Positions 8,201-15,835 of a DNA stretch of 19,561 nucleotides are shown piece after piece (the first letter of the stretch is position 1; each line of letters opens with the position of its first letter). The notes under the pieces are model-generated. The model did not search any database. It was not told where the DNA came from and saw only the letters and a program-made list of their open reading frames with translations. The stretch is from IMG/VR virus record IMGVR_UViG_3300028887_000096, positions 1-19,561 of that record, one strand, 5' to 3'. Source of the stretch: a virus. Taxonomy: Duplodnaviria; Heunggongvirae; Uroviricota; Caudoviricetes. The translations under genes and the position numbers were made by a program.

Positions 8201-10188
8201 TTTCCGGCGCTGCCATCAGGATAGCCCCGGAAGAAGGCGACATCGTCACCGTCGGGGAAACCCTTTACAGGGTAGGCCCGGGCGCATGGGAAGAACTTGA
8301 CCCGAAGGCCATCATCACGCCATGCACGCTGTATTCTAGGCAGAACCTGTTCGACACGTCGGACGACAATCCGGTGAACTCCATGGGCGAGACGGTAAAT
8401 ATCCGTTCCATCCGCTACATGGGCGACGGACGCGCCCTCGTCGAGCTCTCGAAGTCCGTCCCGTATCTCAACAAGGCCGATGCCAAGTATGCGAACGGGA
8501 GCATGGAGGTGTTCATCTCCAATGTCTATCCGACCGAATATAACGGCTGGCATACTGTCGAGGAGGTCATGGGCGCCGGGTTCATCGTGATCCGCGTGAA
8601 CGACCAGACGGGAACTCCGCTTCTCGACGGCAACCCGGTGGATAACCGCGTGATGGAACTCCGCCCGGGAACGTGGTACAAGTACACCATCAAGAGCCTT
8701 GAATGGGACCGCGTTTCCCACTGCACCACCTATTCCATGCAGAACGTGGTCGTGGAGGCCCATGCGGGCGTCGCGGCGAACGGAGAGAACGAGGCGTGGA
8801 CCTATATCACCACCAAGGCGCCGCACAGGTTCTCCGAGCACGATTTCATCGTGGTTGACTATGCGGGCACCGGTGTGGCCGACATGAAGAGCGGAACCGC
8901 GGTAAGGCTTGCCAGGGCCTATGTCATGAAGGTTACGGGCGACTGCACGTTTGCCGTGTATGGCAACTATGTGCCCGCCTGCGAAGCCGGCACGAGCACC
9001 GTATTCAAGGGCTATGTCCTTGACAAGGCGGGAGACAACCTGCGCAACCTGCAGGGTGCCTATGCGTTCAATTCTGCCAGCTACGGGCAGGTGCTGCGTT
9101 TTGCCGATGGCGACATCGTGGTTGCACTTGCGCAGTCCAGGCCGGACGAGCGTATCGGATGGCGTGTGTCCGCAAATGCCAGCTGGATTCCCGTCCGCAC
9201 GAAGCGCGTCATGAAGATCCGCGACATCTCGGTGGACATGATGAAGAACGCCGCATACCTCGAAGCCGGTTCGGAAGACGGGGTGCCGGAATACCTGTAT
9301 ATCCCGCACGACCACATCAGCGTGATGAAGGCTGCCGAGACGCAGGATTCTACATATACCGTCCCGCGCGGGTTCGCGCGTAACTACAATTTCGACAACA
9401 AGGCGCTCGAAAACATCGACACTACCGGCAACGGCATGCTCCAGTATTCATCGAAGTATGACTACGGTTCTGTCGCTTCCCGTCGCAACATGGATTCGTC
9501 CTTCAAGGGCGTTCCCGACATGGGCTATCCGCTTGCCGAAAAGATCGAGCGTCTCGCCTACCTCCGCGACGCGAGCGTCATCGACTATGACCTCATCGGG
9601 TATCTCGCGAGGTTCATGGGCTTCGACATCTCCGGCATGGACGACAACATCAACGAGAACCCCCTCTACAACACGGAAGCCATGCGCCGCATGGCCGTCA
9701 GGTCCGTCGTGGAGAACCTCCCGGACATCTACTCGCACTCAGGCACCGATGCGGGCGTATGCGCCGTGATGTCCCTGTTTGGCGTCGTGGGCAAGGTCCT
9801 GACGAAGTGGACCGAGACGAGCCAGCCGTATGTCGAGCTGCTTTCCGCGGACGAGGTCGCCGAGCGTATCGAGACCGAGGGCGAAATCAAGAGCAAGTGG
9901 GTCCCGACACCGCACATCGACCTTGAAGTGCAGGCCGAGACGGCTACCGGGCGCAGTCTGGTGGGTATCAACTCGATGGACTACTTGAAGGACATCATCC
10001 GGGTAATCAAGCCTATCGACGTGGTGTTCGACAAGCTCTGCATCGTCATCAACGCGACGTTCGACGTCGGTGTCAGCTTGTCCGTCCACGGTGGCACGCT
10101 GTCCGCGGGCAGCAGCCCGTTCGCCTCTACGGCGGGCGAGGACGTGATAATCGTTGACGGCCCGATTGACGAGGACTGCCTGCAGTAG
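5212..10188 (+). CDS. Very large baseplate wedge subunit, T4 gp7 / P2 gpI-like, with a long internal beta-rich insertion
   Basis: Coupled to gp6 by TAATG. N-terminal YLPDFLK...FVQVMSDYINN helix. C-terminal IERLAYLRDASVIDYDLIGYLARFMGFD...LPDIYSHSGTDAGVCAVMSLFG resembles the gpI/gp7 LxxLA...YxxKGT module. 1658 aa. Confidence 0.65.
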   Translation: MRAIPYNDGGQFRHSDFVAYLPDFLKTEPDVVEFVQVMSDYINNAYRNLRTTTEFEIVRVCSETDVFRVKQAQSKLKDMFEHAMHRASPILLLSAPRNNVRSNAALGNVNAEYPVTMRVQTEKEDVVPNASIRGLGTGVADGQVVYVEFAGGDVHPYYYDKASDSLRPDPMGNSQDPFDGTDNTTDSVVSFVVDEVGSVYARYLKTVNGINYYEVYFRFHVSSVSRTVESGENGNLVVDYLNYVVNPGDHIRTSLVSTDSAVYSWKNGFPTGMFYMRDMSTANIVNLSGDGGDMAKDPSQADVTEKCAIATAEYSSGVLRLTFKQLPTIADGAYCYLVHRKNKDVYYEFKMSFPDPSSTMAVDGLVTLTLVPTRACDMTAIVENITQYEFTQYPLFESYWSLDYEHPKTVVKWNAQVPLCGHGTISSGKASFRGYRDADIVNDVVYEGYVPSSRLCGGDGFYMDHGDFDIGDPVYSDDLMWEGVAMIRDKVTGVFIDGIEYTQYFLSEGVRVARSSYGKKVNITRVRGGIITAGSDSNADCVYSGDTMPSAGDLLLLTAVDDPMDRHFMQVASAADRTVFFDCSTLSIGKRYFVTKLVKDESMFANGVVRYIYGDDETSAVLDFCTGIKITTAKWLVATDRETEGKALLVMTTGVKTDGEQLFDGDLVYDPVDDQIDEVRHGMRYADKLSCRAFNFISIRNQFVPFFGQYDTLELGEEPDYSLPHDVLTSLTYIRKVNTTGLKFGYKDREWLYHAAELNIAADDRNGFVEFMSAGQYSDIVDSDLTKFRDAVIDYPVVAYGADKEIRNDIDSVMAVDNNDGTWTVTVSSAAHGLVDGVTVDISGIDSEDALANDILFNLSGVAVHVVDNDTVSYTVETDEVFTRRVFEISDQDAVMVYDRSYRYSVAGVRVSDDPVSGNTYLLRVEAVNGDGVLHVGRSLTFDKCFVQFPNLLEPVELTGTHEIISDPAAGSSDTDKYACIEYSFGVDVHGQQGTPVSGAAIRIAPEEGDIVTVGETLYRVGPGAWEELDPKAIITPCTLYSRQNLFDTSDDNPVNSMGETVNIRSIRYMGDGRALVELSKSVPYLNKADAKYANGSMEVFISNVYPTEYNGWHTVEEVMGAGFIVIRVNDQTGTPLLDGNPVDNRVMELRPGTWYKYTIKSLEWDRVSHCTTYSMQNVVVEAHAGVAANGENEAWTYITTKAPHRFSEHDFIVVDYAGTGVADMKSGTAVRLARAYVMKVTGDCTFAVYGNYVPACEAGTSTVFKGYVLDKAGDNLRNLQGAYAFNSASYGQVLRFADGDIVVALAQSRPDERIGWRVSANASWIPVRTKRVMKIRDISVDMMKNAAYLEAGSEDGVPEYLYIPHDHISVMKAAETQDSTYTVPRGFARNYNFDNKALENIDTTGNGMLQYSSKYDYGSVASRRNMDSSFKGVPDMGYPLAEKIERLAYLRDASVIDYDLIGYLARFMGFDISGMDDNINENPLYNTEAMRRMAVRSVVENLPDIYSHSGTDAGVCAVMSLFGVVGKVLTKWTETSQPYVELLSADEVAERIETEGEIKSKWVPTPHIDLEVQAETATGRSLVGINSMDYLKDIIRVIKPIDVVFDKLCIVINATFDVGVSLSVHGGTLSAGSSPFASTAGEDVIIVDGPIDEDCLQ

Positions 10189-10203
10189 TTTTTGCTATAT
10201 TTC
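10187..10203 (+). promoter_or_regulatory. Class A motif AGTTTTTGCTATATTTC (extended -10-like promoter)
   Basis: Identical over 17 nt to the minus-strand copy at 13982-13998. Contains TG-C-TATATT, and the hexamer ends 9 nt before ATG 10211. Confidence 0.65.
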
Positions 10204-10210
10204 ATCTACC

Positions 10211-11659
10211 ATGGTAGAAACAGTAACTTTTTCCGAACTCGAAGAAAACTTGGAGTTCATCCCGCCGGAAGTGGCCGTCCTGCTGGTCGGCCCGGCCGGT
10301 ATCGGCAAATCCTCGTTTGCCAAAGCCTGGGCTGCACACCAGGAAGGGTATCGCTATTACGAGAAGAATGTCGCGGAAGTCCTTGACATAGGCGACTTCC
10401 TGGGACGCAACAGCGTGGTTGACGGGCGCACCGTACTCAATCCACCGCCATGGTTTTCCGATACGGAAAAGACTATCCTCTTTATCGACGAAATCAACCG
10501 TGCGGGCGCGAACTCAATCGTCCGCGGCTGCATGGGTCTTGTCCTCAACCGTGCAATCGCCGAGCTCAAGATGCCGGAAGGTTCCCGCATCCTATCGGCA
10601 GCGAACCCGGATATGGGGCCGATGTATGACATCATTCCCTTCGATCTTGCGCAGTCCGACCGTTTCTATGTCGCCGAGGTGATGTGCGATGCCCAATACT
10701 GGCTGAACCGCATCGCCGGGCCGCAGCATTTCAACTCCGCCGTTGTCGAGTTCATTCGCAAGTACCCCGATTATCTCCACCAGCTTTCCAACCCGAAGCT
10801 CGCAAACGACGCCATGACACGCGAGCATTACAGAAACGTGCTCTCCACGCCGCGTTCCTGGGACATGTTCAGCCGTTCTCTCAACAACATGGAACGCAAG
10901 ATGGGTGAGGGCAATCCGCCTACGCGTAGGCGCCTGGAAACACTCGGTGCCGGCTTTGTCGGCCCGCTCCTTGCGACCAGCTTTGCGACATTCTACCTCG
11001 ACATGAAGGTGCTGTCCAAGATTGACGTGATTGAAGTCCTCACGCAGGCAAACATGAGCATTGAGGAACATGACAAGGCCATGAAGGTTCTCGAAGAGAT
11101 CGTCAAGACGGATCCTACTCGCGCAATCGGCATGCTTACCGACATCCACAGTTACCTCCTTCACGAGGGGGCGACTGTGCTCAAAAAGAAGATTGCCCTG
11201 GCTGCCATCGCGGAAAACTATTATACCATCATGAGCATGTGTTCCGCCGAACTGCGCCAGCTTGTGTTTACCAATCACCTGACCCCGCTGGCTGGGCAGA
11301 AGGGATGCTATATCGACCGCATCCGTTCTGTGAAGCCGGAAGTGGAGGACCTTTTCGATACTAAGAAAACCGTTCTGCCAAAATCACGGGCAGGAGTGCT
11401 CCCGATACAGACCCAATGGGCAAATCCGACCAACCAGGAATTCGACAACCTCGCCGACGCGTGGTCTAAGCCGGGTTCGGGTGTCTCCGGGCCATTTACG
11501 GTGACGCCGTCAAGCAATCCAGATGCACAGAGGCTGCTCAATTCATTGAAGACCCAGATGCAGTATAATTCGGCAAAGGTCGATAATATTGCGACGACGC
11601 TCACCGATACCGACTTGATAGATCTGTCGCCGGCAAGCGATGGTTCCAGGACAGCATAA
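10211..11659 (+). CDS. MoxR-like / dynein-related AAA+ ATPase
   Basis: Walker A GPAGIGKS, Walker B ILFIDEINRA, SAANP sensor, PFDLAQSDRF arginine-finger segment, and STPRSW sensor-2. I moved the start from TTG/GTG 10154 (inside gp7) to ATG 10211, just after the class A motif, giving 482 aa. Confidence 0.85.
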   Translation: MVETVTFSELEENLEFIPPEVAVLLVGPAGIGKSSFAKAWAAHQEGYRYYEKNVAEVLDIGDFLGRNSVVDGRTVLNPPPWFSDTEKTILFIDEINRAGANSIVRGCMGLVLNRAIAELKMPEGSRILSAANPDMGPMYDIIPFDLAQSDRFYVAEVMCDAQYWLNRIAGPQHFNSAVVEFIRKYPDYLHQLSNPKLANDAMTREHYRNVLSTPRSWDMFSRSLNNMERKMGEGNPPTRRRLETLGAGFVGPLLATSFATFYLDMKVLSKIDVIEVLTQANMSIEEHDKAMKVLEEIVKTDPTRAIGMLTDIHSYLLHEGATVLKKKIALAAIAENYYTIMSMCSAELRQLVFTNHLTPLAGQKGCYIDRIRSVKPEVEDLFDTKKTVLPKSRAGVLPIQTQWANPTNQEFDNLADAWSKPGSGVSGPFTVTPSSNPDAQRLLNSLKTQMQYNSAKVDNIATTLTDTDLIDLSPASDGSRTA

Positions 11660-11660
11660 G

Positions 11661-11683
11661 AAAAGGCCGCATCTAGCGGCCTT
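11661..11683 (-). terminator. Hairpin between the convergent MoxR-like and GT2 genes; U-tract on the minus strand, possibly bidirectional
   Basis: AAGGCCGC-ATCTA-GCGGCCTT (11663-11683). The minus strand continues into a T-run. Confidence 0.65.
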
Positions 11684-11685
11684 AT

Positions 11686-12594
11686 TCATTTCGTCATGCG
11701 CAATCGCGGCACAAATTCCTTTGACAGCCACCCATGCAGGTGCATCCGTGCCATCAGGTCCTCCCGCATCGCTTCCAGGTATGGAATGAACTGCGGGTGG
11801 TCATACTTGTTCATTGGTCGCACATGCGGCTGGTGGATGATGCCGTTATCCCCGTTCGGCACGGCATATACCGGTATTCCGCTGTAAAAGCACTCCAGGC
11901 CGAGGAACCCGTCCTCCCCACCCCATGTCCCGGTGAACTCGGAGGAGAACACTTCTTCCCGGCCGTATAGGGATGCGTTCATGCTGCATAGCTGCTTGAT
12001 GGCATACATGTTCAGGCCGAAGTTGCAGGTCCAGACGACACCGCTGTCAACGAACCAGAACTCGTTGTCGATGAGCCTCGGGGTGTCCGTGAACAGGTGG
12101 CAGACAGACTTGGGGCTTGCCATGCGCTGGTCTTCCATGTTCCAGATGATTTCCCTGCGGCGACCGACGGTGGCGATCGGGGAGCTCTTTTCGGACAGGG
12201 TATCGACATGCCCCGAAATCAGGTGCGGCTCGGGTACGCAGTCTCCGTCGATGAAGATTACGTAGTGGAAGTCGTTCTTGATTGCGTATTCGACCTGCGT
12301 ATTCCTCACGTAGCCGGTAAGGAAATAGTCCGAACCGGCGTTCATCTGCGGGTGCCCCACCCATTCCGGGTACCCCTCGCTCTTGAGTATCTTGACGAAA
12401 CCGAGGTTGCCGTCGGCTATCCGGTTGGCCTTGGCATAAATTTCCAGGGCTTCCTCGTATTCGCCGGGTTGCGGGCGGTCGATGACATACCGGCACTCGG
12501 TCGGATATACGCTCAGCTTGGACAGCCGGTCCAGCATCTTCGGGAGGAAGATGTTCTGGCCATGGGCCGGGATTACTAGCAGAACCTTTATCAT
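11686..12594 (-). CDS. GT-A fold family 2 glycosyltransferase
   Basis: N-terminal LLVIPAHGQ strand, DxD motif in VIFIDGDCVP, WTCNFGL, and FTGTWGGEDGFLG (the GWGGED-type signature of GT2/GT7C-like enzymes). ATGA overlap with the helicase stop. Confidence 0.85.
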   Translation of the reverse strand: MIKVLLVIPAHGQNIFLPKMLDRLSKLSVYPTECRYVIDRPQPGEYEEALEIYAKANRIADGNLGFVKILKSEGYPEWVGHPQMNAGSDYFLTGYVRNTQVEYAIKNDFHYVIFIDGDCVPEPHLISGHVDTLSEKSSPIATVGRRREIIWNMEDQRMASPKSVCHLFTDTPRLIDNEFWFVDSGVVWTCNFGLNMYAIKQLCSMNASLYGREEVFSSEFTGTWGGEDGFLGLECFYSGIPVYAVPNGDNGIIHQPHVRPMNKYDHPQFIPYLEAMREDLMARMHLHGWLSKEFVPRLRMTK

Positions 12595-13976
12595 GTGAGT
12601 ACCGTCAGTCTTTCCGCGGCACGGGTGAACGCGGTGTATTTCAGCTTGTTGCGCTGCAAGTGGTTCTCGCGGAGGCGGTTGATGTCGCTTTCGATACAGA
12701 ACACGTTGGTAATCGTGCTACCCTGTGCCGTGTGGATTGTCTGCGAATAGACGTAGCCCGCCCAGAGGAAGAAGTTTTTCAGCTTCATGTAGTCGGCCCA
12801 GGCTTCCTTCTTGGAGTAGAACTTGCCACCGAAACGACATTCCTTTTCCTTGTCGAGGGCTTCCTTGCGCTTTTCTTCGAGCAGGGTCATGTACATGCTT
12901 TCCGCGGTCGGGTCGGGACGGAGGATGTATGCCGTGACGGAGCTCTGGGTCCTGCTGGATGATTCCGTCGCATGGACGCGGACCTTGAAGCAGGGGAGAC
13001 CGTAGCTCGGGTCGTTCATCGCGGTAATGGTCTCGATCTTGATGCGGTCTTCGGTGTTGTAGACCACATGGGAGCCCTTGCCGTTGGCATTTTCCATGAT
13101 GTAGGGCTTCGCGACGCGGAGTTCTTCACCCTTGACATACCCGTCGGCATCCTTGCCGTAGATATGCTCGCGGACCTTGGTATTCGCTTCCTTGACCATC
13201 GCGTTCGTGTAGGCAAGGATGGCTGCATAGGAGCTGTCCGCCTTGTATTCGTCTGTATCGAACGCGGCGAAGGCCTTTTCATAGAACTCGTCCTGGTTGG
13301 TGACGAACTCGATACCGCGCCCGTCTTCGGTAAGGTGCGTTTCGTGCTTGAACAGGTCTTCCGGGGAAGCCATGTTCTGGCGGATGGTCGTCACGACATC
13401 GAGGATGGGGTTCGCGTCGGCAACGCGCATGACCTTGGTGAGGTTCACTCGCAGCGGCAGCTCGAACACCCTGGACTGGGTAAGGCCGCGCATTTCGTCT
13501 GACACCGGCGGGAGCTGACAGGCATCGCCGACATAGATGACCTTCGTCTTCGGATGTGCCTGGAGAGCGGACTGGATTTGCATAATCATGCTTTCGTCAA
13601 GCATGGACGATTCGTCAATCACCACCAGGCTATACTGGTGGATGGTGCTTTCGCCTTGCTGCTTGAGGTACGGCTTGCCGTTGCCGTAGTCGATGAGGAC
13701 GAGGCCGAGCAGTCCGCATACGGTCTTGTTGTAGTTTTTCTTCGTGGCCCTGGAAATGACGCTTACCGCCTTGTTTGTCGGGGCGGTGCACACGATCGGG
13801 TAGTTCTTGTTGTTGCCGAGTTCAGAAAGCACCACGTTGAGCAGTGCGGTCTTGCCGGTGCCGGCAGGCCCGGTAAGTATCATTTGCCGGTTGGGGCCTT
13901 CGATGAATTTATGGATATAGTCAAGAGCGGCGGTCTGGTCGTCGTTCAGGTCCTTTTTCGTGATGGTCTTTTTCAT
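12591..13976 (-). CDS. dda: Dda-like (RecD2/SF1B) DNA helicase
   Basis: Motif I GPAGTGKT, Ia TAPTNKAV, II VVIDESSML, III YVGDACQLPPV, IV LTKVMRV, V TIHTAQGST, VI YTAFTRA. 461 aa, close to T4 Dda size. Confidence 0.9.
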   Translation of the reverse strand: MKKTITKKDLNDDQTAALDYIHKFIEGPNRQMILTGPAGTGKTALLNVVLSELGNNKNYPIVCTAPTNKAVSVISRATKKNYNKTVCGLLGLVLIDYGNGKPYLKQQGESTIHQYSLVVIDESSMLDESMIMQIQSALQAHPKTKVIYVGDACQLPPVSDEMRGLTQSRVFELPLRVNLTKVMRVADANPILDVVTTIRQNMASPEDLFKHETHLTEDGRGIEFVTNQDEFYEKAFAAFDTDEYKADSSYAAILAYTNAMVKEANTKVREHIYGKDADGYVKGEELRVAKPYIMENANGKGSHVVYNTEDRIKIETITAMNDPSYGLPCFKVRVHATESSSRTQSSVTAYILRPDPTAESMYMTLLEEKRKEALDKEKECRFGGKFYSKKEAWADYMKLKNFFLWAGYVYSQTIHTAQGSTITNVFCIESDINRLRENHLQRNKLKYTAFTRAAERLTVLT

Positions 13977-13981
13977 GCTAC

Positions 13982-13998
13982 GAAATATAGCAAAAACT
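13982..13998 (-). promoter_or_regulatory. Class A motif AGTTTTTGCTATATTTC for the helicase-GT2 operon
   Basis: The minus strand reads ccAGTTTTTGCTATATTTCgtagcATG. TATATT ends 7 nt before the ATG. Confidence 0.65.
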
Positions 13999-14005
13999 GG
14001 TGGGT

Positions 14006-14014
14006 TATAAACTA
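14006..14014 (+). promoter_or_regulatory. Class B motif TATAAACTA
   Basis: TATAAACTACGGG, 28 nt upstream of ATG 14043 and back-to-back with the class A motif. Confidence 0.6.
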
Positions 14015-14042
14015 CGGGTTAAGGCCTGAAAGGTAATCTGAC

Positions 14043-15284
14043 ATGAAATCGTCAATGTCCGCAGAATTTGAAAAAATCAAGACCGGCGAGAACGCCGCGA
14101 TGCTGGAGGCGATAGACTCCGGGTGTGCGCTTATCGAGAATTGGTTCGGGACCGCGATGCACAAGGGCCACGATTTCCTCATGGGCGACCCGACGAAGGT
14201 TGCTGCCCAATCAGTCCAGATTACCCCGTATGACCGGCAGAAGATTGCCGAGGACGAACGGACACTTGACGGCGACCTCGACAAGTACATGAACGCCTTG
14301 CAGGACCTGGTTGAGCTCGTGGAAACCTATGGGCCCACCCAATACAATCGTATCGCGTCGTCGGAAAGGTTCCGCAAGGCATGTGCCGAAGGCCGCAGGC
14401 TCGACAGTCTCAGGAAGAACCCGATGATCGAGTCCATCGTCGCCGGGCGCCAGTTTGCCGCCATGCTTGAAAGTGCGGCGAAGCGGATGGACAGGGATAG
14501 CGCAGTCAAGGCCGGGCAGATATTCCTGGAAGCGAACGAACGCGCGGCGCTGGCGCTGTCGGAAGGCAAACTTGCCGCATACGAAATCGCGTTCGATGAT
14601 GTCTGGACGGAGAATGTCAAGGTTACTTACCGACCGGATTTCGATTCTTACATCATTGATGCCGACATATCATTCGCGGGGGACGGGCATGGTCCCGACT
14701 GGTCAATCGTCGATACGCTCGGGGACACCCCTCGGTACACGGGGCACATAAATTTGACAATACCTGACAGGCAAATCAAGTGGTCCGATTGCGCTACCCT
14801 GACGGACGCTGGATTCGGTGCAGGAATACAGCAGAAATTGGAGGAACTGGAGCAGGCCTTCCAGAACCTTTCCATATCGGACTATAAGAGCCAGTCTGAC
14901 TGGACGGAGAACAAGTTTGACCCGACGAAATTCGGCGGTGCCAATGTATTCATCGACTTCACCAATTCCGCTGCGCGGGTGGACTTCGCCGACGGCGGTC
15001 CGTGCAAGATGAAACTTGAAATCGACCCCAGCTTTTCCGATGATGTCGGGGATGCCTTTGCGGGCGATGTCGAGCCGTTTGGCGAGGCCGTCATGGCGCC
15101 TGCCAAGTCCGCCCTCGACGACGTAATCGGGGAGAGCGTGGCCAGCTCGTTCCAGACCGTGATGAACATTATCGCGGAATTCATTTCCAAGCATGGCATC
15201 TACACATGGGATGACTTCCAGCGCACCGAGAAGTGGCGCAATGCCTATTCTCACGGTGGGCAGCGTGTGGCGGTGGCTAACTAA
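14043..15284 (+). CDS. Hypothetical protein, possibly an internal head or other virion protein
   Basis: 413-aa ORF filling the space between two intergenic motifs. No catalytic motif recognised. Helical N-terminal half with repeated AAMLEA/AAMLES; acidic, beta-like C-terminal half. Confidence 0.7.
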   Translation: MKSSMSAEFEKIKTGENAAMLEAIDSGCALIENWFGTAMHKGHDFLMGDPTKVAAQSVQITPYDRQKIAEDERTLDGDLDKYMNALQDLVELVETYGPTQYNRIASSERFRKACAEGRRLDSLRKNPMIESIVAGRQFAAMLESAAKRMDRDSAVKAGQIFLEANERAALALSEGKLAAYEIAFDDVWTENVKVTYRPDFDSYIIDADISFAGDGHGPDWSIVDTLGDTPRYTGHINLTIPDRQIKWSDCATLTDAGFGAGIQQKLEELEQAFQNLSISDYKSQSDWTENKFDPTKFGGANVFIDFTNSAARVDFADGGPCKMKLEIDPSFSDDVGDAFAGDVEPFGEAVMAPAKSALDDVIGESVASSFQTVMNIIAEFISKHGIYTWDDFQRTEKWRNAYSHGGQRVAVAN

Positions 15285-15288
15285 GGTC

Positions 15289-15295
15289 TAAACTA
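15289..15295 (+). promoter_or_regulatory. Class B motif TAAACTA
   Basis: ggtcTAAACTActttg in the 26-nt gap between genes, 15 nt before ATG 15311. Confidence 0.55.
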
Positions 15296-15310
15296 CTTTG
15301 TATTGAAGTC

Positions 15311-15835
15311 ATGTCTTTGGAGAGTGTAATGAACGGTATTGAGGCGGCAACCCAGACGATCACACAGTTCACGGCGCTAATTGCATCGGTGACGGTTCTG
15401 TTGACGACTGTTGGTGCATTTATTACGCCGATTCGTGAGTGGTTTATAAGAAAAATAAAAGAAAAATTTACGGAAAAGAACAAGATTGACTTAATCTTGA
15501 GCGACGTAAAGAAGCTGAACGACGGGTTGGACCACGTAAATGTCAAGATGGTTGACAGGGATGCCGAAATGGTTGCCATGAAGGCAGCAATCATCGCATC
15601 TTTGAGGAATGACATCACGACGGGATATTACAGGGCATTGGACGAGGGCGGTGTGACCGACAAGGGTCGCGAGAACCTGATAGGCCTATGCGACGTTTAT
15701 TTCAAGCTCGGCGGAAACTGCTTCGTCCATGACATCTACAAGGATGTGATGCACATGCCCCGTATTACGGAGAGCCCCAAGCGAAAAAGTTCCAAACCTT
15801 ACCGGCGTCCAATCCCGTATATCAACCGTTCTTAG
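15311..15835 (+). CDS. Single-TM membrane protein, putative holin-like or lysis-associated (LR..I...Y...LGGN family)
   Basis: TM segment FTALIASVTVLLTTVGAFITPI, then a basic patch, a coiled-coil-like stretch, and LRNDITTGYY...YFKLGGNCFVHDIYKDVMHMP. I recognise this pattern from proteins found next to lysis genes in prophages. The lysis role is inference. Confidence 0.5.
   Translation: MSLESVMNGIEAATQTITQFTALIASVTVLLTTVGAFITPIREWFIRKIKEKFTEKNKIDLILSDVKKLNDGLDHVNVKMVDRDAEMVAMKAAIIASLRNDITTGYYRALDEGGVTDKGRENLIGLCDVYFKLGGNCFVHDIYKDVMHMPRITESPKRKSSKPYRRPIPYINRS

Noticed and set aside
306-9315. Long antisense ORFs (306-1415, 3179-4708, 5209-5961, 6970-7806, 7924-9315)
   Set aside because: They lie opposite well-supported genes, have no motifs, and are the expected shadow ORFs of GC-rich, codon-biased sequence.
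1479-10188. Extracellular contractile injection system or tailocin instead of a phage
   Set aside because: A gp14-like head-neck protein and a Dda helicase point to a complete T4-like phage. No eCIS sheath/tube cassette is present in the window.
10154-10210. ORF-track start of the MoxR-like gene at 10154
   Set aside because: It lies within gp7 and upstream of the class A motif. ATG 10211 fits better.
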